Shown in pieces: positions 18,201-27,200 of a stretch of 28,095 nucleotides of DNA (the first letter of the stretch is position 1; every line of letters begins with the position of its first letter). Source of the stretch: Verrucomicrobiota bacterium (GTDB lineage: Bacteria; Verrucomicrobiota; Verrucomicrobiia; Verrucomicrobiales; DEV007); assembly GCA_045046875.1 (NCBI GenBank), contig JASFYY010000098.1, positions 1 to 28,095 of the forward strand, in the 5' to 3' direction. The position numbers and the translations under genes were made by a program. The notes below the pieces were generated by a model. It worked only from the letters and a program-made list of their open reading frames with translations. It did no database searches and was not told the origin of the DNA.

Positions 18201-18393
18201 CTCCCACCTGCGCTTTTTCCGAAGCTGCCAAATAAAGCCCTTCCAACGATTCATCCCCGTCTTGAGCAAATCCCTGGGTCAACCCGGTCAATGCTAACAA
18301 CAGAATCGTTATGCTCGCCACCCATCCAGTGGACAATCTCGCGGTCAAAACCCGGGCAACGGGGGCTGTTTTCATTTTTAGTGTTCTCATCAT
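15286..18393 (-). CDS. Large exported tetratricopeptide-repeat protein (1035 aa)
   Basis: Signal peptide ending GFA-QD; many TPR units, e.g. ALYYQASNYVITGKFPKAAGLLDLYFQEFPQS, ALFDRATCHFNLEEYDKS, SNFRYGVALENLGKTDDAIKVY. Confidence 0.88.
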   Translation of the reverse strand: MMRTLKMKTAPVARVLTARLSTGWVASITILLLALTGLTQGFAQDGDESLEGLYLAASEKAQVGDFKGAIPIFEKAIKIYGSVGMEDYGPGFGGIYFDYGTALLQIFQWEQARNAFKTCVEDYPNPKPGEKKVSKIDSTNKREKLAVFQWGYCEQMSKNPAEALKLYQRYLSSKPDPKELASVRNVYALRKGGALIAVGMVDEGEVEIRKLFENQAQWKVAPQFLMQGLLELSLGWIDQSSKLGKDIINRKAHDFLNKYSKALTVQPFDQARFGFGQRLKKLGFESAQAGLHTLALRYYSMIPTADDILADVKMRTLTLRQGTPVPAIYSSTIKKYEDELKKPDQSDLELMRLVAASYDKLGNRTASRAIYTYLAENYLKSKARPEILHEAARFSTLLGDYSSAQYYGDKFMKEFPDHRLENNVATFMLQSLFTAREYNTVLEVCEKVRKKYEAGDPARELADHLYGAAMYFLGNHVEAQEPLDLFADKYPDSGNREAALYYQASNYVITGKFPKAAGLLDLYFQEFPQSKFLDLALFDRATCHFNLEEYDKSIEAIDKLREVRKDSVVLDRALNMGGDAYDVKAGLETEDEDKKRELTEKALSYFSVAIDEGKKRKRKESVAEALARSSDLSIRLEKWDDAVKYYDAFFPDYEGTYWEPQISVFTMEALEKADRAEDGLKQLEKMINFMGNQEAHEQDIELLRQAIGSYSEASVRTRGADETAAAFDNFPGVDKTNQALLTWLKIQKVVVLQGKRNSVKKDSPEYAAIQDEIAAVFEEMKNYEMNNLSEFALQQIGLYLAKTDNPFLAVPYFEELLVRPDDAFKAPADFEIGKIEIRGAATPDKLNSARERFLRVINQYKEVSLIPDAYLNLGRLATKLEDWEGAREYFGKINKNKKWLDRPARAESNFRYGVALENLGKTDDAIKVYNAVIAVYGGYTEWSSQALEQGFELAYKINDPEKRIRAYSYLRKILYMFQKAKEKDDPSGALGRLRRRLPAVRNELNLTPEQVAEIDLQLGIVEEEAGQKKAAGGKK

Positions 18394-18696
18394 TCTCTTC
18401 GGCTAAATATTCAGGGTGTTCAGAGGGTTTTGATCCCCTTTTTGATGCCGCAAACGACACCTCTTATAACTTTCAAAGCTGCTTAAATTTGTATCACTCT
18501 CAAAAAATATCATTTTAGACTCAATCTTCCAAGCACATAGCGCTCGATACCGTGATTTCGGGACAGCCACACTCTCGCTGCGATTTCAAATCATCGAGCT
18601 GATACGCAGTCAGATAGCTGCGTTCAATACCAAGGGTGCTCGTGCTGTGATCGCGAACCCTGGTTTTCATATAATTCAACAAAGCGTTACGCGCTA

Positions 18697-19155
18697 TTAT
18701 TTCTTATCCGAGAAACCGGTAATCGTAACATTGTGAATTTTCACCTTGGCCAAGGCGTTCAAGACATCGATAAATCGCTGCCCCACCGCTGCGTCATCAG
18801 CCGCCACCACCACCACGGGTTGGGAGCCAGTCAAATCAGCCGCATCCTTGTATTGCTTTAATTTTTCGTCCAAATTCACCAGCGTCCGGTTATTGACATC
18901 TTCATCCAAAGTCTTGTCGTCCACCACGATCGCTCCCGCCGCATTCACCGTGATCGTCATCTGGTCAATTTCCACTTCAGAAGCAGACGAACTATCCGTG
19001 GTTGGCAGCGTCATGCCCAAATCCGTTTCTTTCGGATCCAGCGTCTGGGTCACCAGAAAGTAAATCAACAAAAGAAAGCTGACGTCAATCATCGAGGACA
19101 TGTCCAAACCTGGTTCCTCTTCTTCTGGTATCTGCAGTTTTGTATTTCCCGCCAT
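18697..19155 (-). CDS. ExbD/TolR family biopolymer transport protein (second copy)
   Basis: LDMSSMIDVSFLLLIYFLV TM with conserved Asp; periplasmic VVVAADDAA..FIDVLNAL. Confidence 0.93.
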   Translation of the reverse strand: MAGNTKLQIPEEEEPGLDMSSMIDVSFLLLIYFLVTQTLDPKETDLGMTLPTTDSSSASEVEIDQMTITVNAAGAIVVDDKTLDEDVNNRTLVNLDEKLKQYKDAADLTGSQPVVVVAADDAAVGQRFIDVLNALAKVKIHNVTITGFSDKK

Positions 19156-19219
19156 GAGAGTTTTATTCTTGCTAAAATTTGTAAAATGGTTGTTTTAAAA
19201 TAACTAAAAACAACATCGC

Positions 19220-19675
19220 TCAGTCTTTTTCCACCACATAGGTGCCGAAGATCACGTCCACCACCAGCGCATCCGCCGCGGCTTTAACGATCTCCTTGAT
19301 GTAACGAGTCTGCACCCGTTTGTCCGCCCTTAGATGCAGGCGGCTTTTCACCCGCATTTCATCATTTTTTTGACGCTCGGCATCGACATACTCGGACACC
19401 GCATCAGCAGTCGGAAAGGCCATGCTCTGTTCAGGACCAAAAAACTTACCGTCTTCGTGAATATTTACCACGATCCGGCCGCCCTTGTTTTCAGCTACCG
19501 CAGCCGCATCCGCCGTTGGGGGATGCACGTCCTTGTCAATTTTGACAATGATCATGTGCGAACTCACCATAAAGAAAATCAACAGCAGGAACACCAAGTC
19601 GATCATGGGAGACATATCCATGCTCATGGTCTCCCCTTCGCCTGCCATTGCCCTTCTGAGTTTTGCTGATGCCAT
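19220..19675 (-). CDS. ExbD/TolR family biopolymer transport protein (first copy)
   Basis: MDMSPMIDLVFLLLIFFMV TM with conserved Asp; LHLRADKRV motif. Confidence 0.93.
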   Translation of the reverse strand: MASAKLRRAMAGEGETMSMDMSPMIDLVFLLLIFFMVSSHMIIVKIDKDVHPPTADAAAVAENKGGRIVVNIHEDGKFFGPEQSMAFPTADAVSEYVDAERQKNDEMRVKSRLHLRADKRVQTRYIKEIVKAAADALVVDVIFGTYVVEKD

Positions 19676-19781
19676 TGTTAGATCCTTTTGTTTTTTTGCT
19701 AAATATTCACCTGATCAAACTTTTGAACCTTACAGCTGAAAACCCACACGGTTTCCAGCCATTAAGAACAAAAATCCAAAC

Positions 19782-20597
19782 TTACCCTTCTGCGATACCT
19801 TCAGGCACCTTGGCCAACTGCTGGTCCCCATGCACCGTCGCCATTGCCAGGCCCATAGCATCGTCCACCGTCTGGTGCGCATCCGCCACCAAGGCGTTAA
19901 ACTTGTTTTTGAAGAAGAAAAACGCAAACAGACAAGGCAGCGCGACCACCAGGCCAGTTGCCGTCGTCATCAGGGCTTCCCCAATCGCCGAAGCCATCTT
20001 GCCCGGATCCGATCCACCGCTCACGCCCAATGTAGCAAAGGCTTTGATCATACCAGAAACCGTTCCCAACAGTCCAACCATCGGAGCCGCCTGAGCAATC
20101 ACTGAAAAATATCCGATCCAGGACATGTAAGAAGGGTTTTCCCGCACCGTGAAGTCCGCCACTGCGTCATCCACTTTGTCTTTCCCCAGTCCTTCCGTAT
20201 CCGTAGCATCGACATTCGGCAACGCCGTTGCCAACATCCGGCCCAGGTAAGAAGCGCTGTCAGCCGAAGCTTCAATCGCACTGCGAACCCGGACTTCAGC
20301 CATTTTGTCCAACACCGAAGCTTTCAATTCCGGTGGAACGAATTTTTTAGCCGTCAACTGCATCGCATTATAAACAGTCAAAGTAATGAACCCCACGGAA
20401 AGCAGCCCCAGCGGCCACATGGCCCAGCCACCTTCCATGATATTGTCCCATAGCGTTTTCGTTTGTGTCGGGTCAGCGGCAGCGGCAGCGTCGCCCTCTG
20501 CAGCAAACACATCCGGCATGCCTATTACAGCCACAGCCAGAATTCCAAAAGTCATCCACGCGAGGTGGGAGCGGTTAAAAGAGTAGTTTTTCAGCAT
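19782..20597 (-). CDS. MotA/TolQ/ExbB proton channel protein
   Basis: GGWAMWPL; APMVGLLGTVSGMIKAF; AIGEALMTTATGLVVALP. Confidence 0.95.
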   Translation of the reverse strand: MLKNYSFNRSHLAWMTFGILAVAVIGMPDVFAAEGDAAAAADPTQTKTLWDNIMEGGWAMWPLGLLSVGFITLTVYNAMQLTAKKFVPPELKASVLDKMAEVRVRSAIEASADSASYLGRMLATALPNVDATDTEGLGKDKVDDAVADFTVRENPSYMSWIGYFSVIAQAAPMVGLLGTVSGMIKAFATLGVSGGSDPGKMASAIGEALMTTATGLVVALPCLFAFFFFKNKFNALVADAHQTVDDAMGLAMATVHGDQQLAKVPEGIAEG

Positions 20598-20693
20598 CTT
20601 TAATTAGTATTTCGTTTTCAAATAGTGCACGCGCTTTTCTAATATTCTCAGCACTCTGTAAAGAAAAAACGGCACTTAATTGCATTTTTTTCT

Positions 20694-21461
20694 TCATTCG
20701 GCACTTTTAACCTCTAACACATTCTTTTCTGTTAATGCCAGAAATAAATCTTCAATTCCACTTTCCACCCCCTCAGCGCCACTTTGACTCTGCGGTAATT
20801 GCCTGAGTTCTGCCAGGCTGCCCACCGCACACAACCGTCCGTTATTGATCACCCCAATACGATCCGCCAACTCCTCTGCGACGTTCAATTGATGCGTAGA
20901 CATGAACACAGTTACCCCCTTCCGGCTACGCTCTTTCAGCTCTTCTTTTATGATCCTTGTATGGCGAGGATCAAGCCCCACCATTGGCTCGTCTATCACG
21001 ATCACCTCCGGTGAATGCAGCAACGCAGAGGCAATGCCCAGCCTTTGCCGGGTCCCGTGGCTCAAGTGCTCGATGCGCTGCCCTGCATGCTCACCAAGGG
21101 ATAGGCGGTCAAACAAATCAGCTGTGATACGCCGGGACTCCCCACTATCCATTTGAAATAAATCACCGATAAAATTCATAAATTCCGAAGGAGTGAGCTT
21201 ATCATAAAATTCAGCCACATCCGGCACGTAGCCTATCCTTTTTTTTACTTCGAGCGGTTCCTCAAAAACATCAAACCCGCAAATTTTTGCAGTTCCAGAG
21301 GTGGCTTGTAATAATCCAGTGAGCAATTTAATCGTAGTTGTCTTGCCTGCCGCGTTCGGACCAAGAAAAGCAAAAAACTCTCCTTTTTTAATTTTCAGGT
21401 TCAATTGATCCAGAGCCACCAGCTCTCCATAAGACATCGACAAATCAATCACTTCTATCAT
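20694..21461 (-). CDS. ABC transporter ATP-binding protein (ABC-2/CcmA-like, stand-alone)
   Basis: Walker A GPNAAGKTT, signature variant LSHGTRQR, Walker B VIVIDEPMVGLDP, STH switch. Confidence 0.93.
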   Translation of the reverse strand: MIEVIDLSMSYGELVALDQLNLKIKKGEFFAFLGPNAAGKTTTIKLLTGLLQATSGTAKICGFDVFEEPLEVKKRIGYVPDVAEFYDKLTPSEFMNFIGDLFQMDSGESRRITADLFDRLSLGEHAGQRIEHLSHGTRQRLGIASALLHSPEVIVIDEPMVGLDPRHTRIIKEELKERSRKGVTVFMSTHQLNVAEELADRIGVINNGRLCAVGSLAELRQLPQSQSGAEGVESGIEDLFLALTEKNVLEVKSAE

Positions 21462-21512
21462 AACCCTGCTATTTCACTTAACGATCTGTCGCTCTGCACC
21501 TGTTTTCTTTGC

Positions 21513-22394
21513 TCAATTTTTATCCTGGTAAACTTCAAGCGGCACCAGGACTTCCGCCAGAGCTTCATAGCCCCACGCCGTCTGAATCATCAGCGGCTCC
21601 CCCGTTTCACTCAATGACAAAGTCACATCCGCATCCGTTTTATTCTTCGATGTCCGGCCTTTAATCAACAGCTGATACACCAGCATACGACGACCGGCAA
21701 CCAAAGCGCTTCCGTAACGCCCGCTGATCTCTGGAGCCCAGGATTCCAATCCACTTTTTTCCAAACCTCCATCGGACAACAACGAATCCAAAGGCAGCAA
21801 GCGCCCCATCCAGCCCAATTCAGGCAGCTTGGACAAACCCGCAGGCGCACCTTCATACTGAAACAATGATTGCCCCTTGGATCGCACACTCAAAGAAATC
21901 TTATTCTCCGGTTGATCAAACCCGGCCTGGGCGCCCATATCAAGATCAGGCATCCGTAGGACAAAATTCCCTCGGGGGAAATTCAACTCATCATCAAGAT
22001 CCACCGCCCCGCGCCAGGAAACACCCCTATCACTATTAATCGCAGCAGCAGATGCCGCCCCGCCCGTAGAAAAAGAATCCACCGATCCGGCCACTGAAAT
22101 CCCTCTCAAGCTTTTACTTCCGACTTCTGCATCCGACGAATCTGTTGCCGACTGCGTGCTCAAACTCATATGCCCGATGCGAAGCCCGTCTTTCAAAATG
22201 GTCAGCTCCGCCCCTTCGGTCCAGGCAAAAAACATCTCAAAAACTTTATCCGGTGGCACCCTGACCATTTGGGATTCATCAGAAAAAAAATGGCGTTTTA
22301 CCAAAACCCCTATCGTTACCAACCAGAAAGCGATCACCGCCAGTTTTACCGCTAAAAACCAAACGGCGCTTTTTTTATTAACCAACTTCCCCAT
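21513..22394 (-). CDS. Hypothetical protein, single N-terminal membrane anchor with beta-rich soluble domain
   Basis: 293-aa ORF, hydrophobic AVWFLAVKLAVIAFWLVTIGVLV, co-oriented with the ABC ATPase 51 nt downstream. Confidence 0.75.
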   Translation of the reverse strand: MGKLVNKKSAVWFLAVKLAVIAFWLVTIGVLVKRHFFSDESQMVRVPPDKVFEMFFAWTEGAELTILKDGLRIGHMSLSTQSATDSSDAEVGSKSLRGISVAGSVDSFSTGGAASAAAINSDRGVSWRGAVDLDDELNFPRGNFVLRMPDLDMGAQAGFDQPENKISLSVRSKGQSLFQYEGAPAGLSKLPELGWMGRLLPLDSLLSDGGLEKSGLESWAPEISGRYGSALVAGRRMLVYQLLIKGRTSKNKTDADVTLSLSETGEPLMIQTAWGYEALAEVLVPLEVYQDKN

Positions 22395-22420
22395 CTTTAT
22401 AGTATTTGAATAGCTTTGAC

Positions 22421-22449
22421 TTGCTCTTTTTGAAACTACCTTCTACGAT
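22421..22449 (+). promoter_or_regulatory. Putative sigma70 promoter of the cysJ-like/nadD/oxoprolinase unit
   Basis: TTGCTC (22421-26) - 17 nt - TACGAT (22444-49), 9 nt before ATG 22459. Confidence 0.45.
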
Positions 22450-22458
22450 CCCCACATC

Positions 22459-23622
22459 ATGTCAGAAACAGCAACCGTTGCCAAGCCTACATTCAATCGC
22501 AGGAACCCACTCATCGCCCACATGCCGCGTCGACAAGCCCTAGCCGCTGGAGCCGCTGAGAAAGAAACCTGGCATCTGGAGATCGACTTACAAAACTCCG
22601 GACTCACTTACACTCCGGGAGATTCCCTTGCTGTGCTTTCCACCAACTGGCCTCAAGCAGTTGACGATGTGCTACTTGCCTTGGGCATGAGCGGTGATGA
22701 AGAAGTCGTCGGACCCGACAAATCAACCGCAGCACTTAAAGATGTGCTCACCCGCCAATGCACCATCACTCTGGCTGATAAAAAATTCCTTGCCCGACTG
22801 GTCGAAAAAGTCGGTGAACCTGCTGCCGAACTCTCTGTTTTGCTTGATCCCGAAAAGAAAAAAGAACTTTCCGACTACCTCTGGGGTCGCGAAATCATCG
22901 ACTTCCTGCTAATGTATCCCGATACAAAATGGCAAGCCCAGGAATTTGTCGACGTGCTCAAAAAGCTCAATGTGCGTTTGTATTCCATCGCCTCCAGTCT
23001 CGCCGCCGTGCCCAATCAAGTTCATCTGACCGTTGCTTCGGTTTTATACAACAGCTTCGAACGGGATCGCAAGGGGGTCTGCTCCACTTTCCTCAACGAA
23101 CGTTGTGATGAAAACACCGACATCCCCTGTTTCATCACCCCCGGCAAAGGCTTTCGACTTCCCGCTGCCGACGATGACACCCCTGTCATCATGTGTGGCC
23201 CCGGAACCGGAATTGCTCCTTTCCGCGCCTTTTTACAAGAACGAAACGCCACCCAGGCCAAAGGCGACGCCTGGTTGTTTTTCGGCGAAATCCATCAGGA
23301 CACCTGTTACTTTTACCAGGATGAATGGAACAGCTACCTCGAAAACGGCACCCTGAGCAAAATCACCACCGCATTTTCCCGCGATCAGGATCATAAAATT
23401 TACGTGCACCACCGCATGCTCGAAGAAGGGGCAGAACTCTGGACTTGGCTCGAACGTGGCGCTATCTTCTACGTCTGCGGTGATGCAGAACGCATGGCCA
23501 ACGATGTCGATCAAGCCTTGCACCAAATCGCCATTGAACACGGAGGCAAAACTGAAGAAGAAGCCGCAGCTTACATCGAACAAATGAGACAGGATAAACG
23601 CTACCGTCGTGACGTTTATTAA
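22459..23622 (+). CDS. Sulfite reductase flavoprotein (CysJ)-like FAD/NADPH-binding protein lacking the flavodoxin domain
   Basis: YTPGDSL, RLYSIASS, GVCSTFL, GPGTGIAPFRAF, WLFFG, AFSRDQ, YVCGDA, C-terminal RYRRDVY; only 387 aa. Confidence 0.88.
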   Translation: MSETATVAKPTFNRRNPLIAHMPRRQALAAGAAEKETWHLEIDLQNSGLTYTPGDSLAVLSTNWPQAVDDVLLALGMSGDEEVVGPDKSTAALKDVLTRQCTITLADKKFLARLVEKVGEPAAELSVLLDPEKKKELSDYLWGREIIDFLLMYPDTKWQAQEFVDVLKKLNVRLYSIASSLAAVPNQVHLTVASVLYNSFERDRKGVCSTFLNERCDENTDIPCFITPGKGFRLPAADDDTPVIMCGPGTGIAPFRAFLQERNATQAKGDAWLFFGEIHQDTCYFYQDEWNSYLENGTLSKITTAFSRDQDHKIYVHHRMLEEGAELWTWLERGAIFYVCGDAERMANDVDQALHQIAIEHGGKTEEEAAAYIEQMRQDKRYRRDVY

Positions 23623-23648
23623 TCTCAATCCATCAACTATTCAGAACT

Positions 23649-24215
23649 ATGAACGCGCCTAAAAAACTCGCTCTTTTCGGAGGCACCTTTGACCCGATCC
23701 ATAACGGCCACCTCGATCTCGCCAGATCGGCTCGCCAGATAGTCGACTTTGACCGCGTTTTGTTCATCCCCTGTCGCCAGTCACCGCACAAATCAAAGGC
23801 TCCGCGAGCCACTGACAAACAACGCTGCGAGATGCTCACCCTGGCCACCAAATACATCGAGTGGGCCGAGCTTTCCCGTATTGAAATCGACCGCAACAGT
23901 CCCAGTTTCTCTTGGCAGACCAGCCTTTATTACGCCCGCCAATTTCCCAATTGTGAACTCTTCTGGATACTCGGTGCGGATCAGTGGAAAAAAGTCCACA
24001 CCTGGGCAGAGCCCGAAAGGCTGCGCAAAAGACTGACATTCATCGTTGCCACCAGAGATGAAGAAATCGTCGAGCCCCGTCCCGGATGGCGCCACATCAC
24101 CATCCCCTTGAACAACCCAGCCAACGCCACCGCCATCCGTGCTGGCGAAGGTGAATCCGATTGGCTGACCGCCCCCATCGCCAAGTATCTCGAAGCCAAT
24201 CAGATCTATTCCTAA
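23649..24215 (+). CDS. nadD: Nicotinate-nucleotide adenylyltransferase
   Basis: ALFGGTFDPIHNGH, SPHK, RCEML, FWILGADQ. Confidence 0.93.
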   Translation: MNAPKKLALFGGTFDPIHNGHLDLARSARQIVDFDRVLFIPCRQSPHKSKAPRATDKQRCEMLTLATKYIEWAELSRIEIDRNSPSFSWQTSLYYARQFPNCELFWILGADQWKKVHTWAEPERLRKRLTFIVATRDEEIVEPRPGWRHITIPLNNPANATAIRAGEGESDWLTAPIAKYLEANQIYS

Positions 24216-24224
24216 TCTTCGCTC

Positions 24225-27200
24225 TTGCCTGCTTCCCACTGGAAAATCAACATCGACACCGGCGGCACCTTCACCGATGCGTGTGCGACTCCGCCTGACA
24301 GCGACGATCTGACCTTCCTCAAGGTGCTCTCTTCGAGCCAGCTACGGCTACGCATCGTCGAACATCTCACGCCGCATCGCCTGCGACTGGAGATCCCACA
24401 GAACTGCCGGACTCCCGATCATTTTTTCACTTCTTATCAAGTCTGTGGAACTGATCCAAGCACACCGATACATGTAACGGACTGGCAAGCCCAGTCAAAA
24501 ATCCTCACTCTCTCCCAAGCGCTGCCGTCGAAAAAAGACAGTCTCGATCTCACCAGCGGCGAAGAAGCACCGGTGCTCGCCATTCGTTTGCTCACCGGCA
24601 CGGCGCTCAACAAAAACTTCCCAGAAATCCAACTGCGCCTCGCCACCACCCGTGGCACCAACGCTCTGCTCGAAAACAAAGTCGCCGCCACCGCTTTTTT
24701 TACCACCCGGGGTTTTGGCGATCTGCTCACCATCGGCGACCAACGACGTTCCGATCTTTTTGCCCTGCACCATCAACAACCTGCCGGGCTCCACCAAATT
24801 TCAATCGAAGTTGACGAACGACTCGATGCGCAAGGTGCCGTGCTCAAAGCCCTCGACCTCAACGACAAACCACTGCAACAAAACTGTCAAAAAGCGCTCG
24901 CCGCAGGTATCAAAGTCGCCGCAGTTGCCCTGCTCCACAGTTACCTCAATCCAGAGCACGAGCAGCAACTGCGTGACCAGCTCTTGCATCAGGGTTTTGA
25001 GCACGTCTCCCTGTCATCCGAACTGGCTCCCTTCATCCGCCTGCTTCCACGTGCCAATACCACCGTCGTTGACGCCTGCCTGACTCCAGTGATGCAGAAC
25101 TTCATCGACCGCATCACCAGCTCGCTGAAAAACTCCGACCTGCTCGTCATGACCAGTGCCGGAGGTTTGGAACCCGCCTCCCGCTTCCGCCCCAAAGACT
25201 CGCTGTTCTCCGGCCCTGCCGGAGGCGTTGTCGGCGCCGCCACTGCGGCTCGCCGTCTTGGCTACGATAAAATACTCACCTTCGACATGGGCGGCACCTC
25301 AACTGATGTTGCGCGTTACGATGGTAGTTTTCTCTACCAATTTGAACAAAAAGCCGGCGGAGCCTCTCTGTTAGCCCCCTCACTGCGCATCGAGACTGTT
25401 GCCGCAGGAGGTGGCTCCATCTGTCATCACGGCGAAGCCGGCCTGCAAGTCGGCCCCGAATCGGCCGGATCCTATCCCGGCCCGGCCTGTTACGGCAATG
25501 GCGGACCGCTGACCATCACCGACGTCAACCTGCTGCTGGGCCGCATATCGCCCGACCATTTTGGCATTCCTCTGAACCAAAAAAATATCGACGACGCCCA
25601 ACTCGCCCTCACTCAATTACGCCAACAAAACGGAATTGCTGACACCATCGACGACCAACAGTTCCTCCAAGGCCTGATCACCATCGCCATCGAACAAATG
25701 GCCGATGCTATTCACACTATATCCGTTAGCGAAGGCGTTGATCCCAAGGACTACCCCCTGCTCGCTTTTGGCGGTGCCGGCCCCCTGCATGCCTGCGACA
25801 TCGCCGAACAGCTCGGTTGCCCGGCGATCCTCGTGCCACCAGAAGCCGGCCTGCTCTCCGCCTACGGTCTGCACCACGCCCACATCGAACGTTTTGCACA
25901 GACTCAGATACTGGAAAATCTTTCTTCGGTCGTAGCGCAAATCCCCCGACTTCTAGAGGATCTCATCCAGCAAGCCCGGCAACAACTGATTCAAGATCTC
26001 GGTCACGACTCTGCTGACATCATCGTCCGGCGACAAATCGCCGAATTGCGCCTGAGCGGTCAGGACGCCACCCTCTCATTGGAAATATCCGATCCACAAA
26101 CCCTGAGCGATCAATTTCATGCGCACTACCTCAAGGTTTTTGCCTATTCTCCCGATCCACAGGCAAAAATCGAACTCACTACCCTTAGAGTTGTGATCTC
26201 TCCTGCCGACAAACACCCAGAAAACGACATCCCCCCATGCAAACACCCGCCCCGCAAAATCACCAACGAGCAAAACTTCATCCATCGATCCCAATTAAGC
26301 CCCGGCGATCACCTCACCGGCCCAATGGTCATTCAGGATTCATTTTCCACCTGTTATCTCAAAAAAAACTGGCACTGCGAAGTCGGCCCTGACCGCTCCC
26401 TGCTGATCACCCCAAGTGTTGCAAAAAAAACCGAACCTAGTCAGCTCAGCCCAACCCAAGGCCACGGCCACGGCAATATCCTCACCGCCCCTGCAGACCT
26501 AACCATTCAAGACACCCTGTTCCGCAACCGCTTCGAAAATATCGTCGGCGAAATGGGCGCCCAACTGCAACGCTCGGCCGTTTCCACCAATGTCAAAGAG
26601 CGCCAGGATTTCTCCTGCACCCTGCTCGATGGGGATGCCAACCTGGTAGCCAACGCTCCACACATTCCCGTGCACCTCGGAGCCCTTGGACTTTGTGTGC
26701 GCGAAGTGATCAAAAAACACCCACTACGCCCCGGTGACACCCTCATCACCAACCACCCGGCCTACGGCGGCTCCCACCTTCCCGACGTCACCCTCATCAC
26801 CGCGGTTTTTGATCCTGAGCCGAACAAAGATACTAACGACGACAACAAAGCCATCGCCTACATCGCCAATCGTGCCCATCATGCTGAAATCGGCGGCATC
26901 ACCCCCGGATCCATGCCGCCTGATGCCACCTGCCTGAGCGAAGAAGGCGTTGTCATTCCACCTACCCTGCTCATTTCCCAAGGCCAGTCTTGTTTTGATA
27001 AAATCGAAAAACTGCTCACTCAAAAACCCCACCCCACCCGCCACCTTGCTGACAACCTAGCCGACCTCAACGCCCAACTCGCCGCCAACCATCAAGGCCT
27101 GTGCAACATGCAATCCCTGATCCGCAGTCATGGCGCGGCTCCCATCCAAATGCATTTGGAAAAAACCGCCCGACTCTCCCAGGCCGCCCTGCAACAAAAA

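Noticed and set aside
20670..20685. sigma54-like site CGGCACTTAATTGCA (and TGGCAAGGATCCGC near 1055)
   Set aside because: GG-to-GC spacing is 9 nt rather than the required 10; the 20670 site also points away from exbB
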